In this document: piece after piece, positions 59,901 to 64,000 of the stretch | Position numbering within the stretch: position 1 is the first letter of the stretch | How the letters are laid out: each line of letters opens with the position of its first letter | The notes under the pieces: model-generated | What the model was told of the DNA's origin: nothing | Database searches by the model: none | The model's input: only the letters and a program-made list of their open reading frames with translations | Position numbers and translations under genes: made by a program | Assembly: GCA_019358935.1 (NCBI GenBank) | Contig: JAHHIK010000006.1 | Location: 71,597 to 135,596, forward strand | DNA length: 64,000 nucleotides | Source: Tolypothrix carrinoi HA7290-LM1 | GTDB taxonomy: Bacteria; Cyanobacteriota; Cyanobacteriia; Cyanobacteriales; Nostocaceae | Direction: 5' to 3'

Positions 59901-61576
59901 AGTTCGACAAAGCTGTGGAACTGTACACGCGAGCTTATCAAGTTGACCAAATCCGCCACAAAGAAGGACTGTTGCGTGCGCTGCAAAAATCCGGACAAAA
60001 GTTGATGAACCAACGAGAGTTTACAGGGGCAGACGCACAGTTCAATCGCATATTAGAAATTGAACCTGATAATCGAGCAGCACAGGAAAAACTGCTAGAA
60101 ATTAATCAAGAGCTTGGAGGAAGGTTAGCCGGGACAGGTCAAATTAGCAATACCATTACTCGGGTTAGACCTTGGCGAATTCCGTTAGGCGGTATAGCAG
60201 CGACGCTTGGAATCATTGCCCTTATTGGTGTTGGTGGCGTTTATCGGTGGATAACCCCTTGCTCAGCAGGTCAACAGAAGGTATTCGGTATTGGCTGCGT
60301 AGCAGATTTAAGTAGAATTAGTCGCGGTGAGCGCACCCTCTTTCCTAGAATTAATAACTCAGATCGCGACAAAGGTATTGAAGCTTTCAAACAAGGCAAC
60401 TACTCCCAAGCTGCTGAATTATTTAAAAAATCTGTAGCAGTTAATCGTAATGACCCAGAATTGTTGATTTACTATAATAATGCGCGAGCTAGGCAACAAC
60501 AAGGTTCTCCTTTAACTTTAGCAACGGTTGTGCCAGTAAACAACGAAGAATCCACGGCTAAGGAAATGTTGCGAGGCGTAGCGCAGGCACAACATCAGTT
60601 CAATGAGAAAGGGGGATTCAATGGTCGATTACTGGAAATAGCGATCGCCAACGATGGGAATGAACCGAACAATGCTCGACAAGTAGCGCAGGAGTTGGTA
60701 AAAGACTCATCTGTACTGGGAGTGATTGGACATAACTCTAGTGATGCTACCAAAGCGGCACTAGGCAAATATGAAAAAGCTGGTCTACCTATAATATCTC
60801 CTACTAGCACCAGTCCATTTTTGACTAGCGATGTTTTCTTTCGGACAGTGCCTTCTAACGCCGCCTCTGGAAAAAAGTTAGCTGAATATGCCAAAAACTC
60901 CCTTGGCTTAAACAAAGTTGTGATTTTTTATAATCCTGATAGTGCCTATAGCAATAGTATGAGGGAGGAATTTACAAAAAATTTTGAATCAATAGGGGGT
61001 CAGGTTATACTAGGGGATTTGACTGACTCTAGACTAGATGCTGACAAGCAAGTTGCAAAGAGTCTGTTTAGACACCAGGCACAAGCAGTTGTGTTGTTCC
61101 CGGACATAAAAAAACAAGACACTTCTACCGCGCTCAAAATAGCAACAGCTAAAGCCGACCTGATGGCTAGATCTTCAAACGCAAGAAAGCGAGGGCTAAA
61201 ATTGTTAGGTGGAAATACTCTGTACAGCAACACAACCTTGCAAGAAGGAGGGAAAGCTGTTGAAGGCTTAATTCTAGCAGTGCCCTGGTTTAGGGAAGCA
61301 CCACAATCAAAAAACTTTGCACAAGCAGCCGCGAAACAATGGGGAGGGTCGATTAGCTGGCGTACAGCTACTAGTTATGACGCAACTCAAGCTTTTATTA
61401 AAGCTTTAGATTCTCCCAATCCCTCTGGCTCAACCGTTTTGCAAAAACTTCGACAGACAAAGCTTTCATCGAGTGAAACATCAGGAGAGAGTTTAGAGTT
61501 TAAAAATGGGGAGCGTCAAAGCAAACCTATTCTTGTTAAGGTTGTTAACAGTCAATTTATAATTTTGAAGGAGTAA
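56942..61576 (+). CDS. Double STAND-like ATPase-TPR protein with TM helix and C-terminal LivJ-type periplasmic binding domain
   Basis: Two GQRRIGKSS modules, TPRs, TM LGGIAATLGIIALIGVGGVY, then GVIGHNSS, ISPTST, FFRTVPSN, WRTATSYDA. Confidence 0.87.
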   Translation: MAAAKIPRNPYIIGGPIDNHTLIFGRETLFNFIEDNLNLGVQVIFLSGQRRIGKSSVLKQIPHFVAQGKFVFVSFDMKQKSQSSLGELLHYIGKEIVDYLELDYKRVKLPSVKELETEPNIFSLNLLPKIDQELGDRYLVWLLDEFDVWSEEKADTLPQGWCFYSYLQSLIQKHEKLFLIPVVGRKPGDMPKLDGLFNHAAFKEIGLLDEPSTKELITVPAQGVLEYYPDAIQAIWELSLGDPYFTQIICFALFGRARERHNWKVICEDVEGIVDKAIELAEGGLAGCWAGLSIPERVVFSAVAEAQRIAILENQRLPKDPSTLLKSYGVIQTEQLVQAGKRLATEGLLDDTGHRVKVELVRRWLVQHHSLRQERWQLERLEQEEVNPLLLVAAKLHQQGRKQNALTFYEQILKINPNHFSSIVALADGYLEVEDFDKAVELYTRAYKVDPISNKEGLLRALVALADGYLEVEDFDKAVELYTRAYKVDPISNKEGLLRALQAFGQKLITQREFTRANELFNLVLEIEPDNLAVKEKLGKDYGWFESRGRRRNPYIIGRPIVERELFFGRESLFGFIEDNLQQNVKVILLHGQRRIGKSSVLKQIPQLFAQFPQNEFVFVNFDLQDKAALSLSQILHLLATEILTHLVDYLDPIAYDRVSLPHSADLETDPDIFYGNFLRQVYQELGDKKLVLLLDEFDLLSGDRTQSAEEHFFPYLKRLIEQHEKLFIIPVVGRNLGDLPKLLSLFGRAPYQEIGLLDELSGQRLITKPAQGILEYKQDAIQAILELSAGHPYFTQIICNALFGQARADNNSQLTRVDVEGIVDRAIENAEGGLDWFWQGLPTPEQVVFSAVAKAQTIAISKAERVPEEPLTLLRSYGVTLTDSLIQANERLASNDRGFLDDTGRRVKVELVRRWLVERHPLRQEIWQLENLEQQEVNQLWEQATQFHQQGRKRNALARYEQILEINPNHFSTVAALAEGYLEVEEFDKAVELYTRAYQVDQIRHKEGLLRALQKSGQKLMNQREFTGADAQFNRILEIEPDNRAAQEKLLEINQELGGRLAGTGQISNTITRVRPWRIPLGGIAATLGIIALIGVGGVYRWITPCSAGQQKVFGIGCVADLSRISRGERTLFPRINNSDRDKGIEAFKQGNYSQAAELFKKSVAVNRNDPELLIYYNNARARQQQGSPLTLATVVPVNNEESTAKEMLRGVAQAQHQFNEKGGFNGRLLEIAIANDGNEPNNARQVAQELVKDSSVLGVIGHNSSDATKAALGKYEKAGLPIISPTSTSPFLTSDVFFRTVPSNAASGKKLAEYAKNSLGLNKVVIFYNPDSAYSNSMREEFTKNFESIGGQVILGDLTDSRLDADKQVAKSLFRHQAQAVVLFPDIKKQDTSTALKIATAKADLMARSSNARKRGLKLLGGNTLYSNTTLQEGGKAVEGLILAVPWFREAPQSKNFAQAAAKQWGGSISWRTATSYDATQAFIKALDSPNPSGSTVLQKLRQTKLSSSETSGESLEFKNGERQSKPILVKVVNSQFIILKE
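58209..58443 (+). repeat. Exact 117-bp (39-aa TPR) in-frame tandem duplication
   Basis: VALADGYLEVEDFDKAVELYTRAYKVDPISNKEGLLRAL twice, identical DNA. Confidence 0.92.
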
Positions 61577-61699
61577 AGATACCCGGAATCTTTGGTAAGT
61601 ACAGGCCTAGCTCCAAATCCTAATAAAACAGTGGTGTAAAGGTGTCATTTATGGCTTAATTTGTTTAGATACAAATTTTACCTTTATAAAGTAATTACG

Positions 61700-62731
61700 A
61701 TGACAAACACACCTCCTGACCCTGAGTCATCTCAAAGAACTGCCCTCGGCTTTGATGAATTCATTGCTATTCTGGTTGCTTTTGCGACTATTGGGGCAGT
61801 TCTGTTTTGGGCATTTTCCCGCAGAGATTCTGGCTGGAACTTCAACGTTTTGCCGTCACCCTCTCCGGAGGCGTCTGTTGCGGTTCCCCCTACGACTCAG
61901 ATACAACCAAATGCAAACTCGAATTTAAATACTGTACCGTCGGCTCCACCTGTTACTGTAAATGAACCTACTTTAGTAAATCCATCTCCATCTCCAGGAG
62001 CGATTCCGACGCTAATTTTGCCATTTCCGGTTGCTCCAGCTGCACCACCACAGGTGCAATTGTCACCTTCTCCTAACATTCAAGAACCATTTCGCGTGGT
62101 GACTCCCTCTGAGCAAAAGTCTACCATTCCACCGCCAATTGCATTTAGCGATGTGCCTAATGACTTCTGGGCGAGCCGGTTTATTAATGTTCTTTCTTCT
62201 CGTAGGATTATTAAGGGCTTTCCGGATTATTCTTTTAGACCAAATCAGCCTGTAACTCGTGCTGAATTTGCGGCGATACTAGAAGAAGCTTTCAATAATA
62301 AGCTTGCCACGAATGCGATCGCTTTTAACGATATCCCATCAAATTACTGGGCAAATCCAGCAATTAAGCAAGCTATCAACACCGGATTTCTCAAAGGCTA
62401 CCCTGACAATACTTTCAAACCAAACCAAAAAATTCCGCGAGTGCAAGTTTTAGTTGCCCTTGTCAGCGGATTAAATTTGAAAGAACCTACTTCTGCCGAT
62501 AAGACTTTAAGCGTCTTCAAAGATGCCAAAGAGATTCCTAACTACGCCATTGGCAAGACAGCGGCTGCTACAGCGAATAATCTTGTGGTAAACTATCCAG
62601 ATCCAAACACTTTTGCTCCCAACAGAGAAGCTACCCGTGCTGAGGTAGCAGCGATGGTTCATCAAGCTTTAGTGCGAACCGGAAGGCTACAACCAATTCA
62701 ATCGGAAAATATTGTGCGATCGCCACAATAA
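61700..62731 (+). CDS. S-layer homology (SLH) domain protein with N-terminal membrane anchor
   Basis: FSDVPNDFWA, GFPDYSFRPNQPVTRAEFA, GYPDNTFKPN, ATRAEVAA. Confidence 0.9.
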   Translation: MTNTPPDPESSQRTALGFDEFIAILVAFATIGAVLFWAFSRRDSGWNFNVLPSPSPEASVAVPPTTQIQPNANSNLNTVPSAPPVTVNEPTLVNPSPSPGAIPTLILPFPVAPAAPPQVQLSPSPNIQEPFRVVTPSEQKSTIPPPIAFSDVPNDFWASRFINVLSSRRIIKGFPDYSFRPNQPVTRAEFAAILEEAFNNKLATNAIAFNDIPSNYWANPAIKQAINTGFLKGYPDNTFKPNQKIPRVQVLVALVSGLNLKEPTSADKTLSVFKDAKEIPNYAIGKTAAATANNLVVNYPDPNTFAPNREATRAEVAAMVHQALVRTGRLQPIQSENIVRSPQ

Positions 62732-62915
62732 TTTTTGTAAAGCAGCGCGATCGGCTAAACGATAAAATATGTTCTCTTTAGTCTTTGATAAGAGAAGGAT
62801 AAAGTATATAAAAATTTATACTTTATCCTTCATCATTTATTCGCTAAACTATCAAACCCCACGCAGGTCGGCTTTGTATCTTTAGCCCTACCCTTAGTGG
62901 GTAGGTGCTAAATTA

Positions 62916-63356
62916 TTAATCGTCTTTACCGACAACTTGTGATTTGAGCGTTGTGATTTCACTAGTTAACTCTTCACGAGTTGAGGCTTTGAGTAAATAG
63001 CGGTAAACAAACCAGGCAGAGTATCCAATACCAATCAACTCAAAGGTAGGTGCTACTAAAGGAATATCATTCAAAGCATCCAATACTGCCAAGAGTACCT
63101 TGACACCTACAATCGCTCCCAAAATTAAACCAATGCTAACTAGCGGCTGTTTATACTCATTGAAGAAGTTTCCCACGTATTCGGGCAGTGTCGCCAAAAA
63201 TCGCGAAACTTGCTCTCCGTATTGTCGCAATTGATCCTGAGTTTCCACCGGAGGCTGGATTTTGGTTATGGTTCCTGTTTGATTGTTGATATCTGTCATA
63301 GTTGCTTCTGGGGACTTGGTTTCCTTGTATTCCGGTTCTTGCATTTGGGCTTCCAT
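62916..63356 (-). CDS. CAAD/CURT1-domain thylakoid curvature protein
   Basis: VLDALNDIPLVAPTFELIGIGYSAWFVYRYLL. Confidence 0.88.
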   Translation of the reverse strand: MEAQMQEPEYKETKSPEATMTDINNQTGTITKIQPPVETQDQLRQYGEQVSRFLATLPEYVGNFFNEYKQPLVSIGLILGAIVGVKVLLAVLDALNDIPLVAPTFELIGIGYSAWFVYRYLLKASTREELTSEITTLKSQVVGKDD

Positions 63357-63874
63357 AATTTTTACAGTTGAGTGACTCTCATCCGGACAGTTACAACCAA
63401 TCAGCACGACTGATTATAGAGTACAAAAAAGTTTCGGTTTGCTATCACCATAATTGCGTCTTTCTACTACTTCATCGACTACAAGGTAGAAACCCTGTAG
63501 GAAGATATAAGTTAGAAAGCAGCTTTGCGCTCGTTCAAAGTGAGGATTCATTCGTTGATTTCACTCTTCTCCAACTCGAATCCATTTGAAGGTAGTTATC
63601 CAACCGAAGTGTAAGTTAAGAGCGATCGCCCTCAAATCAGTACAAATCATGCGAAAATCAGTCCACCTCTTACTTATACAAGTCTAAACGCCGATTTTAC
63701 ACGATTTTAAAGCCAGTCGTAGCTGTGATCGTCAATTAACTCATTAGTATTAAGATTCAGGCGTTAGAAAAATTTTTATATATTAACATAACCTTGACTT
63801 ATATACGATTATGTAGTAAGCGCTTTAGCGCTTTCAAAACTTGAGTCTATTCGACTCAATCAAGAATAAACATA

Positions 63875-64000
63875 GTTAGAGTCGAGAGGGGATATTATTC
63901 CCCGTCCCTCTCTGTTAGAACCGTGCGTGCAACTTTTGCTGCACACGGCTCCCGATATTCTTAAGGGATAACCCTTTTACTCATGTGGGTATAATCGTGA
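63875..64000 (-). mobile_element. Group II intron 3' end (domains V and VI), extending beyond the window
   Basis: Minus strand DV gagccgtgtgcagcaaaagttgcacgcacggttc with AGC triad; DVI region gagagggacgggg...cccctctcgactctaac ending AAC. Confidence 0.9.
63961..63999 (-). CDS. C-terminus of the intron-encoded RT/maturase (HNH tail HDYTHMSKRVIP*)
   Basis: Stop codon lies just upstream of DV; HxxxH tail typical of HNH-containing intron-encoded proteins. Confidence 0.65.
   Translation of the reverse strand, partial: HDYTHMSKRVIP

Overview
Chromosomal window from a heterocyst-forming (Nostocales-type) cyanobacterium, inferred from abundant HIP1 GCGATCGC octamers, STRR heptamer repeats and the gpsA-sigC-furA-(alr1690-like)-cobN-cikA and metK-prk-petH-hom gene order. 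All protein-family calls come from recognising motifs by eye; no searches were run. Accessory blocks lie between the housekeeping genes. (1) An attC-like hairpin precedes a C5-methyltransferase/endonuclease pair and two Uma2 genes. (2) An AT-rich block has three tandem paralogous Cys-flanked small proteins, a related anchored protein, a convergent asparagine-synthetase homologue and a nonsense-split pgeF/yfiH. (3) There are two intact toxin-antitoxin pairs, an orphan higA next to a MITE-disrupted higB remnant, and a DUF433 relic. (4) pcrA carries a 355-aa intein with a GIY-YIG-like core. (5) A sensor-less HTH-NB-ARC gene is divergent from an unannotated 37-aa peptide gene, an RRE/PqqD-like-M50 membrane protease and a degenerate-ATPase-TPR protein; this is the best candidate for an undescribed peptide processing or signalling system. 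(6) A three-gene cluster encodes five STAND-like ATPase modules and ends in a membrane-anchored periplasmic binding domain. (7) The 3' end of a group II intron lies at the right edge. No rRNA, tRNA or CRISPR array was seen.
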